A stretch of 48,826 nt of DNA from Acidimicrobiia bacterium. Lineage in GTDB: Bacteria; Actinomycetota; Acidimicrobiia; Spongiisociales; SHLN01. Shown one piece after another: positions 19,259 to 30,048 of this stretch. The number at the start of each line of letters is the position of its first letter. Within the stretch, counting starts at the first letter, position 1. Both the position numbers and the translations under genes were made by a program. The notes beneath the pieces are model-generated. The model was given only the letters and a program-made list of their open reading frames with translations. It was not told where the DNA came from and did no database searches. The stretch is taken from positions 79,129 to 127,954 of the forward strand of contig JBFKDW010000001.1 in assembly GCA_041619515.1 (NCBI GenBank), in the 5' to 3' direction.

Positions 19259-20565
19259 GCGACCGATCGAACGCTGCGCCTCCGGACGGTTCGCTCGGGG
19301 TCGCCTACATCCTGCATCGGTTCCCGTACCTGACCGAGACCTTCATCGCTCGGGAGATGTTCTGGATCCAACGACATGGCGTGGAGGTCAGCGTGTTCTC
19401 GTTGATGCGACCCAGGCATCCGGCCGCATCGCCCGAAGCCCGGGCGCTGGCGGGGCGTGCCCACTACAGCCGGGGGCTCTCGCGGCGCCTCCTGCAGGCG
19501 CAGGCTCGCTTCCTGCGGCGAAGCCCGGCCGCCTACTTTCGGGCGCTTGCGAGGGTGGTTGCCCAGACCTACCGCGAGCCAAAAGTGCTGGCCCTCGCCC
19601 TCGCCCTGTTCCCCAAGAGCGTCCTGTTCGCAGCAATGATCGAAGACCGGGGCATCCGACACGTGCACGCCAACTTCGTCTGGCTCGAGGCCCTGGCGGC
19701 CGGGATCGTACGGGATCTCATCGGGACAACATTCACCATCAATCCGCACGCGTTCGGCCTGTTCGGAAGAGACCGGGTGAACGTCAGGCGCCAGCTTGCC
19801 AGCGCCACGCACGTGGTGACCATCTCCGAGTTCCATCGAAGCTTCATCACCGACCTCTGCCCCACCCTGTCGGCGTCGGATGTCTCGGTGGTGCACTGTG
19901 GCGTCGATACCAGCCTGATGTCACCCCGGCCCGACCGCCCTGCGTCCGCACCCCCCCGGATTCTGTCGGTGGGGAGGTGGGTGGAGAAGAAGGGCCACGA
20001 GTATCTGATCGAGGCATGCGCCATCTTGCGCGATCGGGGGCTGTCGTTCGACTGTCAGATCGTCCTCGGCGACGACGACGGGTGCCGGCATGTGCAGCAG
20101 CTCGTCGACCGGCACGGTCTGCGCTCGCACGTCACCCTGGTGGGGGCACTCGGCCAGGATGAGGTGCTCGGCCGCTACCGCGCCTCTGAGATCTTCGCCC
20201 TTGCCTGTGTTGTCGCCGCCGATGGGGATCGCGATGGGATCCCGGTCAGCCTGATGGAGGCGATGGCATGTGAGCTGCCCGTGGTCACAACCGGCGTGGC
20301 GGGGATCCCCGAGTTGGTGCAGGACGGCGAGAGCGGCTTACTGATTCCCGAGCGGGACGCGCCGGCCTTGGCGGACGCGCTCGAATGCCTCATTCGCCTT
20401 CCCGAGCTCCGGACCCGGCTCGGCCGGGCCGGCAGGCGGGTGGTCCAGGCAGGCTTCGAGGCCCAGCAGACTGCCGCAGACATGGCACAGGTCTTTCGCC
20501 GCCTGACGGACACCGCCGAGCCGGCCGGCATCGGTGGCCCGCAGGCACAAGGTGTGCGCGCATGA
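19255..20565 (+). CDS. GT4 glycosyltransferase (WcaL-like)
   Basis: FPYLTETFIARE, VGRWVEKKG, DRDGIPVSLMEAMA. Confidence 0.92.
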   Translation: MSDRSNAAPPDGSLGVAYILHRFPYLTETFIAREMFWIQRHGVEVSVFSLMRPRHPAASPEARALAGRAHYSRGLSRRLLQAQARFLRRSPAAYFRALARVVAQTYREPKVLALALALFPKSVLFAAMIEDRGIRHVHANFVWLEALAAGIVRDLIGTTFTINPHAFGLFGRDRVNVRRQLASATHVVTISEFHRSFITDLCPTLSASDVSVVHCGVDTSLMSPRPDRPASAPPRILSVGRWVEKKGHEYLIEACAILRDRGLSFDCQIVLGDDDGCRHVQQLVDRHGLRSHVTLVGALGQDEVLGRYRASEIFALACVVAADGDRDGIPVSLMEAMACELPVVTTGVAGIPELVQDGESGLLIPERDAPALADALECLIRLPELRTRLGRAGRRVVQAGFEAQQTAADMAQVFRRLTDTAEPAGIGGPQAQGVRA

Positions 20566-21878
20566 GGGTGAGCGTCTTCGGGCTCGGCTACGTCGGCACC
20601 GTCACCGCAGCCTGCCTCGCCCGGGACGGCCACGAGGTCATCGGGGTGGATATCAATGCCGAGAAGGCCGCCATGGTCGGGGCCGGCCGGTCGCCGGTCA
20701 TCGAGCCCGGCTTGGAAGAGGCGCTGCGGGCGGGGCTCTCGGCCGGTCGCCTCCGAGCCACGACCGATTCTGCCGAGGCGATCGCAGCCTCCGACGTGAG
20801 CCTGGTGTGCGTCGGCACCCCCAGCCGGCCCAACGGGAGCCTGGACACCAGTCACGTAGAGCGTGTCTCCCGTGAGATCGGACGGGCACTGGCCGGGGGA
20901 AGCGGCTACCACGTGGTGGTCGTACGCAGCACGGTCCTGCCCGGCACGACCGGTGATCGGATCGTCCCGATCTTGGAGGAGGCCTCCGGCAAGCGGGCGG
21001 GAGTCGACTTCGGTGTCAGCATGAATCCCGAGTTCCTGCGGGAAGGAAGCGCCATCGACGATTTCGATCACCCGAGCTACACGCTCATCGGCGAGCTCGA
21101 CACCCGCAGCGGTGACATCGTGGAGCAGCTCTACGCGAGCGTGTCCTCCCCCACCATTCGCACCGGGCTGGCGACCGCCGAGATGGCGAAATACGTGAGC
21201 AACTCCTACCACGCCCTGAAGGTGTCCTTCGCCAACGAGATCGGCAACCTCGCCAGGTTGCACAACATCGACGGGCGCGAGGTGATGGACATCTTCTGTC
21301 GAGACGACCAGCTCAACACCTCCGCCGCCTACCTGAAGCCGGGCTTCGCATTCGGAGGGTCGTGCCTGCCGAAGGACACCCGCGCCCTCGCCTATCGTGC
21401 TCGGGAGCTCGACGCCGAATCACCGCTGCTCAATTCGATAATCCCCAGCAACGAGGCCCACATTCGCCGGGCCATCGCCATGATCGAGGCCATCGGGCAC
21501 AAGCGGATCGGGGTGCTGGGACTCAGCTTCAAGGCCGGCACCGACGACGTGCGCGAGAGCCCGACCGTTTCGCTCATCGAAACGCTCATCGGCCGCGGCT
21601 ATCGGGTGAGCGTATACGACGAGCACGTTCAGCTGGAACGTCTGGTTGGGGCAAACAAGGCATTCCTCGAAGAAGAGATTCCCCACATTGCTTCCCTCAT
21701 ACGCCCCCGTCTCGAGGAGGTGGTGCAATCCAGTGATGTCATCGTGCTCGCCAACAGCAGCCCGGAGTTCATCAATGTCGCCCACCTGCTGGCCGCGGAT
21801 CAGGTGCTCGTCGATCTCACGGGCATCGCCAAGGGGGCCGGGGCGGGCCAGGGAGGCTACGAAGGCATTGGGTGGTAG
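20562..21878 (+). CDS. UDP-glucose/GDP-mannose 6-dehydrogenase (AlgD-like)
   Basis: FGLGYVG, CVGTP, RSTVLPG, NPEFLREG, FAFGGSCLPKD, GLSFKAGTDDVRESP. Confidence 0.95.
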   Translation: MRVSVFGLGYVGTVTAACLARDGHEVIGVDINAEKAAMVGAGRSPVIEPGLEEALRAGLSAGRLRATTDSAEAIAASDVSLVCVGTPSRPNGSLDTSHVERVSREIGRALAGGSGYHVVVVRSTVLPGTTGDRIVPILEEASGKRAGVDFGVSMNPEFLREGSAIDDFDHPSYTLIGELDTRSGDIVEQLYASVSSPTIRTGLATAEMAKYVSNSYHALKVSFANEIGNLARLHNIDGREVMDIFCRDDQLNTSAAYLKPGFAFGGSCLPKDTRALAYRARELDAESPLLNSIIPSNEAHIRRAIAMIEAIGHKRIGVLGLSFKAGTDDVRESPTVSLIETLIGRGYRVSVYDEHVQLERLVGANKAFLEEEIPHIASLIRPRLEEVVQSSDVIVLANSSPEFINVAHLLAADQVLVDLTGIAKGAGAGQGGYEGIGW

Positions 21879-23109
21879 ACGAGGGCCGAGGAAGAAGCGG
21901 GTTCTCATGCTCCTCGAGAACAACCCGTACCCGCAAGACGCCCGGGTTCGCCGGGAGGCGGCCACCCTCACCCAGGACGGCTACCGGGTTGATGTCATCT
22001 GCCCCGCCGCCAACGGCCAGAAGCGGACCGAGACGGTGGACGGCGTTCGGGTATATCGCTATCCGGCGCCGCCGGGCGGGCAGGGCACCCTCGGCTACCT
22101 GATCGAATACGGGTACTCGTGGCTGGCCTCGGCGCTCTTGACCGCCTACGTCGCCGTCCGGCGAGGATTCGACATCATCCACGCCCACAATCCGCCCGAC
22201 ACGTTCGCAGTGCTGGCGGCGCTGTTCAAGCCGTTCGGCAAGCGCTTCGTCTTCGATCATCACGACCTGTCGCCTGAAATGTATCTGGCACGGTTCGGGG
22301 CGGCGTCCGGCGGCGGCATTGCCCATCGGATGCTGCAGGCCTTCGAGAAGCTGTCGTTTCGGCTCGCAGACCTGGTCATCTCGACCAACGAGTCCTACCG
22401 CGCCATTGCAATCGAACGGGGGGGCGTCGAGGCCGAACGGGTGAGGGTGGTGCGCAACGGGCCGGACCTGAACCGGGTCCGGCTGGTGGAGCCCGACGAA
22501 GAGCTGAGGGCGAAGGCCCCGGCCATCATCGGATATGTCGGGGTGATGGGTTATCAAGACGGCGTCGACTATCTGCTCCGGGCCTTGCATCACCTCAAGG
22601 TGACTCTGGGACGAACGGACTTCTATGCGGTGCTCATCGGTACCGGCGACGCCGGGCGAGAGCTGGAGAGGCTGCGCGCCGAGCTCGACCTCGAGGACCA
22701 GGTCTGGCTGACGGGACGGGTGTCGGACGAGACGCTGATGCGGTACCTGTCGAGTGCGGACATCTGCGTCGATCCCGACCCGTCGAATCCCTTCAACGAC
22801 CGCTCCACCATGATCAAGATGACCGAGTATCTGGCGCTCGGCAAGCCCGTCGTAGCCTTCGACCTGCCCGAGCATCGGGTCACCGCCGGGGAGGCGGCGC
22901 TGTACGCCAGGGCCAACAGCGAGCGCGACTTCGCGGAGAAGCTGTCGAAGCTCATCGACGATCCCGCCGAGCGGCGCCGAATGGGCGACATCGGTCGGCG
23001 CCGTGTCGCCGAATTCCTGTCGTGGGACCGCCAGGCGCCGAAGCTGCTGGCGGCCTACGACCCGCTCACGGACGCACCCCGAGCGCGGAGGACCAGATCG
23101 ACGTCGTGA
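21868..23109 (+). CDS. GT4 glycosyltransferase
   Basis: RVLMLLEN..PQDARVRREA, HAHNPPD, FDHHDLSPE, KMTEYLALGKPVV. Start uncertain (TTG 21868 with GGGAGG upstream, or ATG 21907). Confidence 0.9.
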   Translation: MGGRRGPRKKRVLMLLENNPYPQDARVRREAATLTQDGYRVDVICPAANGQKRTETVDGVRVYRYPAPPGGQGTLGYLIEYGYSWLASALLTAYVAVRRGFDIIHAHNPPDTFAVLAALFKPFGKRFVFDHHDLSPEMYLARFGAASGGGIAHRMLQAFEKLSFRLADLVISTNESYRAIAIERGGVEAERVRVVRNGPDLNRVRLVEPDEELRAKAPAIIGYVGVMGYQDGVDYLLRALHHLKVTLGRTDFYAVLIGTGDAGRELERLRAELDLEDQVWLTGRVSDETLMRYLSSADICVDPDPSNPFNDRSTMIKMTEYLALGKPVVAFDLPEHRVTAGEAALYARANSERDFAEKLSKLIDDPAERRRMGDIGRRRVAEFLSWDRQAPKLLAAYDPLTDAPRARRTRSTS

Positions 23110-24146
23110 GCAGCACCATCACGGTCGACCCTGGGACCGATCCGATTTGGGACACGCTGGTGAGCGATCGCGACTCGGACGTGTTTCAATCCCCGCCGTG
23201 GCTGCGAGCCGTCGCCCAGACCTATCGGCTGGAGTCTCGGGGCAGTGTCCTCATGGCCGGCTCCCAGCCTGCTGCAGGATTGGCCTACGCCCGGGTCGAC
23301 GGGCTGAGCGGTCCGCGCCTGGCATCGTTCCCGTTCTCCGACTATTGCGATCCGATCGTCTCCTCCACCTCGCAGTGGCAGGCTGTGCTCACCGGACTGC
23401 CGGGAGACTCCCTGCCGCTCACCATCCGATGCCTCCACAGCCGGGTGCCCCTCTCCGACGAGCGGGTAGCCGTGACCGGCCGGGCCCGCTGGCACGGAAT
23501 CGACCTCCTGGCCGACGACCCGTGGGCCCGCCTCGACCCATCGGCCCGGCGGGCCGTTCGTCGATCCCGGCGCGACCGTGTGGAGGTAGCCGAGGCGGAG
23601 TCCTCCGGCGAGCTGCGTGCGTTCTACGAGCTGCATCTGCGCATCCGCAAGCACAAATACCGGCTGCTCGCCCAGCCGTACCGGTTCTTCGAGAACCTGT
23701 GGCGTGAGTTCATCGCACCCGGCCGCGGCGCCCTCCTACTGGCCCGCATCGACGACAAGATCGCAGCCGGGGTGCTGTTCCTGGAATGGAAGGACACCCT
23801 GTACTACAAATTCAACGCCTCGGATGCCCGATTCTCCGGCTCGCGCCCGAACGACGCGCTCATGTGGGCCGGCATCGAACACGCCCGGCGGCGGGGCGCA
23901 CGCCTGCTGGATCTGGGATTGACCGATCAGGATCAGGACGGGCTCATCCGCTACAAGCGCAAATATGCATCCGAGGAGAAGCCCATCGTCTTCCTGTCGC
24001 GCACTCCCGACACCCCACCGGCACCTTCCCCGCCCGGACGGCTCGCCGAGCTCATGCCTGCTCTCACGCGACTGCTGACCGATGAACGGATTCCGGACAC
24101 CATCACCGAGCGGGCCGGGGCCGCCCTCTACCGCTACTTCGCCTGA
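23106..24146 (+). CDS. FemAB-like/BcsL-type GNAT acyltransferase
   Basis: VFQSPPWL, SFPFSDYC, ARRAVRRS, LYYKFNAS, LDLGLT...GLIRYKRK. GTGA-coupled. Confidence 0.85.
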   Translation: MSSTITVDPGTDPIWDTLVSDRDSDVFQSPPWLRAVAQTYRLESRGSVLMAGSQPAAGLAYARVDGLSGPRLASFPFSDYCDPIVSSTSQWQAVLTGLPGDSLPLTIRCLHSRVPLSDERVAVTGRARWHGIDLLADDPWARLDPSARRAVRRSRRDRVEVAEAESSGELRAFYELHLRIRKHKYRLLAQPYRFFENLWREFIAPGRGALLLARIDDKIAAGVLFLEWKDTLYYKFNASDARFSGSRPNDALMWAGIEHARRRGARLLDLGLTDQDQDGLIRYKRKYASEEKPIVFLSRTPDTPPAPSPPGRLAELMPALTRLLTDERIPDTITERAGAALYRYFA

Positions 24147-24152
24147 GCCGGA

Positions 24153-25226
24153 TCACGGTCGAACAACGCTCCTGTACACCGCGAGCGTCTCGACGGCCAC
24201 GGCTTCGGCGGCAAACTCCCTCTCTGCCTTCTGCTTGCCCTGCTCCCCCAGACGAGCCCGGAGCGAAGGATCCTTCAAGAGCCTGACGATGGCGGCGGCC
24301 AGAGCCTCCACGTCCCGAGGTTCCACCAGATATCCGGTCACCCCGTCGTCGACCATGGATGGCAGTCCGCCGACGGTGGTCGCCACAACCGGCTTTCCGA
24401 AGTTGTAGGCGGTGGGGATGACTCCGCTCTGGGTGGCGTCGATATAGGGCAGTGCCACCACGCTGGCGCGCTGGAACAAGCGGGCGGTGTCGTCGAAGGG
24501 GATGAACTCGTTGAGAACCTCGAAACGTTCCGGATGCACCATCATTCGTCGATACCGGGCGAAGTCCTCACCCGCACCGGCGATGACGATCCGGACCTCG
24601 GGGACCTCGGCAGCGATCAGCGGCTCGGCCCGGATGAGGTATTCGAGCCCTTTGTACGGCCAGATCCGTCCGAAGAAGAGCACGACGTTTCCGGGCTCGG
24701 GGACGCCATCGCCCGCCTCGGCATTTCCCCTGATCACGGTCGGGACGACGTGAACCTTGTCGGCGGCGGTGCCCCGCTTGGTCATCTCGCCCTTCATCTG
24801 CTCATTGTGGACGACGACTGCGTTTGCCCTCCGGTAGGCGAGGTCGGCGACGATCTGGGGGGTCTTGCGGCCGAGCCGATCGCCCACGTGCGGAGTGGGG
24901 TCGTGAACGGTCACCACCACCGGGCAGCCGCGCATGAACCACAGCAGCGGATTGAACCAGACGTATCCCTGCTGGATGTGCAGGACGTCGGGCCGGAACT
25001 CCCTGATCTGGCGATACAGGCGAGCCATCGCCGGAACCTGCCGGAGTGCTTGGCGCATTCTCGGCTTTCGGAACGGCCGGAACTGCACACGATGATCCAA
25101 TCGCGCCAGGTGGGGCTCGGCCTGAAGGTCCGTCACCCACAAGCCGACCTCGGCGTGATCGGTGAGGGCGCTGGCGAGCCGCACGCTGTACTCCCCGAAT
25201 GCGAACGAGAGGAAGGCGACCCTCAT
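24153..25226 (-). CDS. GT4 glycosyltransferase
   Basis: TVHD..PH, FFGRIWPYKGL, LPYIDATQSGV, GKPVVATTVGGL. Confidence 0.92.
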   Translation of the reverse strand: MRVAFLSFAFGEYSVRLASALTDHAEVGLWVTDLQAEPHLARLDHRVQFRPFRKPRMRQALRQVPAMARLYRQIREFRPDVLHIQQGYVWFNPLLWFMRGCPVVVTVHDPTPHVGDRLGRKTPQIVADLAYRRANAVVVHNEQMKGEMTKRGTAADKVHVVPTVIRGNAEAGDGVPEPGNVVLFFGRIWPYKGLEYLIRAEPLIAAEVPEVRIVIAGAGEDFARYRRMMVHPERFEVLNEFIPFDDTARLFQRASVVALPYIDATQSGVIPTAYNFGKPVVATTVGGLPSMVDDGVTGYLVEPRDVEALAAAIVRLLKDPSLRARLGEQGKQKAEREFAAEAVAVETLAVYRSVVRP

Positions 25227-25245
25227 TCGGCCGCTGACGCCGGGC

Positions 25246-26742
25246 TCACGTCTCCAGCCCGGCCGATCGCAGATGGCCCCTGAGGCCGTCGTATCCGCCG
25301 GCCTCCAGGAGGTAGAGGAGGAACAAAGCTCCAACATAGCCGAGCCCGCCGGCAACGATCCGGAGTCCGAGCGGGATGGCCCCGGTGGCGAGGAGAACGG
25401 CCGCCATGACGCCCGAAGCCGCCACCGGCTTCCAGGCCAAACGCACAATATCGAGGCGGGTGAAGAGCCTGGCTACCGGCAGGTAGTGCTGCACGACGTT
25501 GAGCGCCCCAACCACCACCGAGGCGATGGCGGCACCGACCACGTCGAACCTCCAGATGAGGACGAACGCCACCACCACCATGACGATGGTGTTGGCCAGC
25601 GAGATGCGAAAGGAGATGCGCTCCTGACGGCTGGCCCACAGGATCTGGCCGAGTATGGCGGTGAGGGCGAACTGGATGGTGGTCCAAACGAGGATCCGCA
25701 GGACGACCACGGACTCGCCGAACTCAGGATCACGAAACACCAGGATCAATAGCGGGCCGGCGAGCACAAACAGTCCGGTCACTGCGGGGACGGCCAGCGC
25801 CAGGGTGAACTCGATCAGCCGCCGGCTGAGCCGGCGCAGCCCCGAGACTCCCGACGCGAAGCGCCGCACCATTGCCGGAAAGACCCCGAGGCCGGTCGCC
25901 TGGAATACGAGGTTGAGCGGCACCAGCAGTTGCTTGGCGGCCGAATAGATGCCGACGGCGGCCTCGCCGGCGAATCGTGAGAGAAACACGATCCCGATGT
26001 TGGCGCGTACTGCGTTCAGCGCTTGGATACCGAGAAAGGGCGCCGCCGACCTCAGCATCGCCGGCACGAACCGGAAGTCGACGACCAGCGGGGACCGGGT
26101 GATCGTCCGGAGCAGCAGCACCCAATGGACCGCCACCATGGCGACGTACGCCGCCACCATGGAGATCGCCACCATCTCGACTCCGTATCCGGCCTGGAGG
26201 AGAACGAAGACGGTGGTGGCCTGAATGATCCAGATCGGTGAGTTGGAGGCCGCAACATACTTGCTGCGCTCCCAACCGAGGAAGGTCGCTTCGGTCATCT
26301 GACTGAGCGCGTAGGGAACCATGCCCGCAAACAAGATGAGAATGACGCGAGAGGTGTCCCGGGAGTAGTCCATGACCTCGACGAACGCCCACATGACCGG
26401 CAGGGCCACCAGCGCACTCACCGTCACGGCAGCGCTGGACGTCGCCAGGAGCCTGCCGGTCTGGTGGTGGTCCTTGGCTACTTCGCGGGTTGTGAGCGTA
26501 TCGAGGCCCAGGAGCACGAAACGGCTCCCGAGTTGAAACAGCGAGACCGCCAGGGCGATCTGCCCGAGCTCCCGGGCGCCGAGGAGACGCGCCACCAGGG
26601 CGTACACCACGAAACTGGTGGCCCGGTTGACGACATTGCTCGTCAGAAGCGAACCTACGTTGGCGGCCAGCGACCCCAGCCCGAAGCGTCGTGCCGCCTC
26701 GTCGGTTGCCTCGTTTCCGGCCCCCCCGTCACCCGCGGTCAT
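25246..26742 (-). CDS. wzx: Wzx-type polysaccharide flippase
   Basis: Many TM helices; ARLLG...G, LTTREVA, AVGIYSAA, GAAIAS. ATGA-coupled to the upstream polymerase/ligase. Confidence 0.88.
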   Translation of the reverse strand: MTAGDGGAGNEATDEAARRFGLGSLAANVGSLLTSNVVNRATSFVVYALVARLLGARELGQIALAVSLFQLGSRFVLLGLDTLTTREVAKDHHQTGRLLATSSAAVTVSALVALPVMWAFVEVMDYSRDTSRVILILFAGMVPYALSQMTEATFLGWERSKYVAASNSPIWIIQATTVFVLLQAGYGVEMVAISMVAAYVAMVAVHWVLLLRTITRSPLVVDFRFVPAMLRSAAPFLGIQALNAVRANIGIVFLSRFAGEAAVGIYSAAKQLLVPLNLVFQATGLGVFPAMVRRFASGVSGLRRLSRRLIEFTLALAVPAVTGLFVLAGPLLILVFRDPEFGESVVVLRILVWTTIQFALTAILGQILWASRQERISFRISLANTIVMVVVAFVLIWRFDVVGAAIASVVVGALNVVQHYLPVARLFTRLDIVRLAWKPVAASGVMAAVLLATGAIPLGLRIVAGGLGYVGALFLLYLLEAGGYDGLRGHLRSAGLET

Positions 26743-28190
26743 CGGGTGCCGCTCAGCGTTCGGTCGGGCGTCGCAGCAATTGCGGCGGGCCGGGCGAGCC
26801 GGCCGGCGGCGAGGGTGAGCCCGATCACGGCCCACATCATCTGCAGCTGGGCCCGCCCGTGGAAGAGATCGACGGTCATATGGATCATGCTGGCGATCAG
26901 CCCCACCGCCAACCCAAACGCGATCGGCGAGATCATCGGATCACGGAGCCGGGAAAGCCGCCACCCGGCGGACACCGCCGCCACCATCGTCCACAGGAAC
27001 GCGATCAAGGCTCCGATGCCGGTTTCGGCCCACACGAGCAGGTACTTGTTGTGGACCGTCGAGACCCAGGACTGGCTGTATTCGACCGTGACGTAGGGGT
27101 CGAGTGCTGCTGCAAAGTTGTTGGCGCCCACCCCCAGGAGCGGCCGGTCCCGGATCATGCTGAACGCCAGTTCCATGAGCGGGAGTCGCGAGCGAGCCGC
27201 CAAGTTGTTGTATTGGGCGAGCCGAACCACGATCTCTTCCTGGAATCCGATCGCAAGCACGAGGACCACGGCGCCGAATGCCACAATCATCGAGCCACGT
27301 ACCCAGCGGCGGCGCCAGGCGACGGCCACCAGCAAGACGGTCGAGGCGGTGAAGCCGACCCACGCCCCCCGCGAGAACGACAGAACCAGCGCAACCGACC
27401 CGAGCACGAAAGCAGCGCCTCCCAGCCGGCGGTGGAAGGCGTCGACCCCGGCGACCACCAGGCTGAGCGCGACCGGCAGCAGCAGCGCCAGGTAGGCGCC
27501 GAGGGCGTTCGGCGATCCGAAGGTCCCGTTGACCCGGCTGAAATCGATGTCCGCCTTGACCGGGCCAACGACCACGTCGGCTTGCAGTACCCACAGACCG
27601 AGCACGATCACACTCTGCACAACGAGACCAACCATGAGCACCGTTACGACGAACATGAGATCGCGCCGGGTGGCCACATGGTGGAGGATGTAGAAAAAGA
27701 GCAGCAGCGCCTGGGCGAGGATCACGATCTCGTACAGAGCGAGGAGCATGTCGCCTGCGACCGCCAGGGACGCCGTTACGAGAGCGAGGTACACAAACGA
27801 CGGCAGCGCAGACCGCACAGCCGGCCGGGACGGCCGGGAGGCTCCGCTCGCCACCTCGGCGAACCAGAGGCTGTACAGGGCCACGAGCACCACGGTGGTG
27901 AGCGACAGGTTGAGCCCGCTGAGCGCATTCGCTTGCGCCACCGTCTCGTCGTGATTCAGGTAGATGTCCACCTGAATCGGAATCTCCAACAGGGCGATGG
28001 CAAGCAGCACCCGCTTGAGAGCCGGGACGGTGAGCGTCGCCAACAGCACCGCCATGATGGCCAGGATCGCCAGGCGGACCGTGACGCCGTCGGCGACTGC
28101 GAGGAGAAAACCTCCTGCCGCCAGCCCGGCGGCGACGGCCGGAGCCGCCTGCATCACCTGGTCTCGTCCTCCGCCGGTCCTGAAGCTCAT
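26739..28190 (-). CDS. O-antigen ligase/Wzy polymerase-family membrane protein
   Basis: RVNGTFGSPNALG, SFSRGAW, PLLGVGANNF, VHNKYL..WAETG. Confidence 0.9.
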   Translation of the reverse strand: MSFRTGGGRDQVMQAAPAVAAGLAAGGFLLAVADGVTVRLAILAIMAVLLATLTVPALKRVLLAIALLEIPIQVDIYLNHDETVAQANALSGLNLSLTTVVLVALYSLWFAEVASGASRPSRPAVRSALPSFVYLALVTASLAVAGDMLLALYEIVILAQALLLFFYILHHVATRRDLMFVVTVLMVGLVVQSVIVLGLWVLQADVVVGPVKADIDFSRVNGTFGSPNALGAYLALLLPVALSLVVAGVDAFHRRLGGAAFVLGSVALVLSFSRGAWVGFTASTVLLVAVAWRRRWVRGSMIVAFGAVVLVLAIGFQEEIVVRLAQYNNLAARSRLPLMELAFSMIRDRPLLGVGANNFAAALDPYVTVEYSQSWVSTVHNKYLLVWAETGIGALIAFLWTMVAAVSAGWRLSRLRDPMISPIAFGLAVGLIASMIHMTVDLFHGRAQLQMMWAVIGLTLAAGRLARPAAIAATPDRTLSGTR

Positions 28191-28212
28191 GGTGACTCAC
28201 CCCCGCAGACGA

Positions 28213-30048
28213 TCACGCCCGTTCTGATCTGAGCCTCGCCCACCAGGAGCTCCGGGCCGGTTCTTCCGTGGTCCCGAGCCGGTCGGCGGTTGAGCCCACT
28301 CCGGTCGTCATCTCCATCCGCAGCGGCGCCTTGGTATAGGCGTAACCCAGGACCGGCGTGCCGATCAGCTCCATGCGATCGGCCAGATCCTCCAGCTGGC
28401 GGGTCGAGCTCCGGTGAACGACCAGCACCACCGTTGCCTCGGTGTAGGCAACCAGAGTGCTGGCATAGGCCACCTGCAGCAATGGGGGGCAGTCGACCAG
28501 AACCAGGTCGTACAGCATGGGAAGATGGGCAAAGAACTCCCGGGTCAACACCGATTGATAGAAGCTGGCCGCCTCGACATCACGGCTGCCTCGCGACAAC
28601 AGCGACACCGACCGGCCGTCGCCGAGCGAAACTTCCACGAGCGCCTTGAGCAGGTGCACATCGCCCTGAACCACGTCGGTCAGTCCCCACTTCGGTGTCT
28701 CGTCCGTCAGCAGGCGGGTGAGCTCCTGGCTCCCGAAATCGCCGTCGACGAGCAGGATTCGTTTTCCCTCCCGGGCCGCCGCCATGCCTGCGTTCGCAAC
28801 CATGGCCGTCTTTCCGCCACCCACCGTGGCCGACACGATCGACACCATCCTCGCGTCGGTGGCCGATGCGCGGATGTCGATGGCGGCGGCGGCGAAGCGA
28901 AACGCCTCGGCGGCGGCCGAGGTGGGTGCCGCGGTGACCGGGACCTCCGATGAGATCCCCTCGTGGGCGAAGTCGGGAACTTCGGCCAACAGGGGCGCTC
29001 CCAGTACCTGTTCCGGGGACTCGCGGGTTGAGACCGCCTGGTACCGGAGCGCCAGATAGTTGGACAGCACGGCCGCAACCGCCAGCCCGAGCACGAGACT
29101 GGCCGCCAGCACCAGCGCATCGCCGATTCCAGCCGGATCCTCGGGCAGCGCCGCCGGTGAGGCGAGCGTGACTCCGCCCACCGCCAGCTCGGCGTCGACT
29201 GCAATGGCGTTGCGGCGAGCCGTCAGCGCGGCTCGCTCGGTGATGGCGGCGGCGCGCTCGGCCTGCAGAGTCGCCAGCTCCCCGTCCTCCAGCTCGATGG
29301 CCAGGACGGCTCGCCACGTCTCGAAGTCTCGCAGCAGCTCGTCGATTTGCTCGTTGATGGCCAGCCGGGCCTCGCTGCCGAGCGGAAGCGACGCCCGGAC
29401 GGTCCGCAGCGAGTTCAATTGCTGCACCGCGGCGGCGACTTGTGTCTCGAGCTCGAGTCGCTCGGGGTCGGCGGTGGTGAGCTGCTCGATGCGAGTCCCG
29501 AGTGATGCGATCTCGTCATCGACGGCTGCGGTGAGGGCGTCGAGCTTGGCGAGAGCGGCCTCGGCCGTCGCCTCCACCCGGCTTTGGAGAAGGGCCTCGT
29601 AGGCGTTGAGCAGGGCGTCGGCTCCCTGCTTGGCCCGGGCGGGCGTTGCGGCCCGGAATGAGATCTCGATGAGGTTGCTGGTCGAGTCCCCCGTCACGGA
29701 GCGGAATTCGAGGAGCTGCTTGCTGCTGATCTCCCCTCCGGTGAGGTTGCTGGCGAGCAGGGCAGCTTCGCTCGACCTCAGGATTTCCACCTGATCGGCC
29801 AGGTAGCGCTCAGAGTCCTGGGTGGACTGGCGAGCCACGTCGGTGACTTGCAGCGACGAGGCGCGTGGATCCTCGACGATCAGGTCGGCGGTGGCGACGT
29901 AATCGACGGTCTTGGCATCGTTGATGACGAACCCCAGCGCCAGCGCAGCCAGCACGGCCAGCAGCACCACCCAGCGATGCTGCCACATGGAAGCGAGCAG
30001 GCTCGGCTGCGCCGGCTGCCCTTGAACGTTGACTTGCTCCATCGCCAT
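28213..30048 (-). CDS. Wzc-like polysaccharide co-polymerase (Wzz domain, coiled coil, P-loop domain)
   Basis: TM-YVATA, coiled coil, P..P TM, AEAFR, Walker A SATVGGGKT, LLVDGD, LVLVDCPPL. Confidence 0.88.
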   Translation of the reverse strand: MAMEQVNVQGQPAQPSLLASMWQHRWVVLLAVLAALALGFVINDAKTVDYVATADLIVEDPRASSLQVTDVARQSTQDSERYLADQVEILRSSEAALLASNLTGGEISSKQLLEFRSVTGDSTSNLIEISFRAATPARAKQGADALLNAYEALLQSRVEATAEAALAKLDALTAAVDDEIASLGTRIEQLTTADPERLELETQVAAAVQQLNSLRTVRASLPLGSEARLAINEQIDELLRDFETWRAVLAIELEDGELATLQAERAAAITERAALTARRNAIAVDAELAVGGVTLASPAALPEDPAGIGDALVLAASLVLGLAVAAVLSNYLALRYQAVSTRESPEQVLGAPLLAEVPDFAHEGISSEVPVTAAPTSAAAEAFRFAAAAIDIRASATDARMVSIVSATVGGGKTAMVANAGMAAAREGKRILLVDGDFGSQELTRLLTDETPKWGLTDVVQGDVHLLKALVEVSLGDGRSVSLLSRGSRDVEAASFYQSVLTREFFAHLPMLYDLVLVDCPPLLQVAYASTLVAYTEATVVLVVHRSSTRQLEDLADRMELIGTPVLGYAYTKAPLRMEMTTGVGSTADRLGTTEEPARSSWWARLRSERA

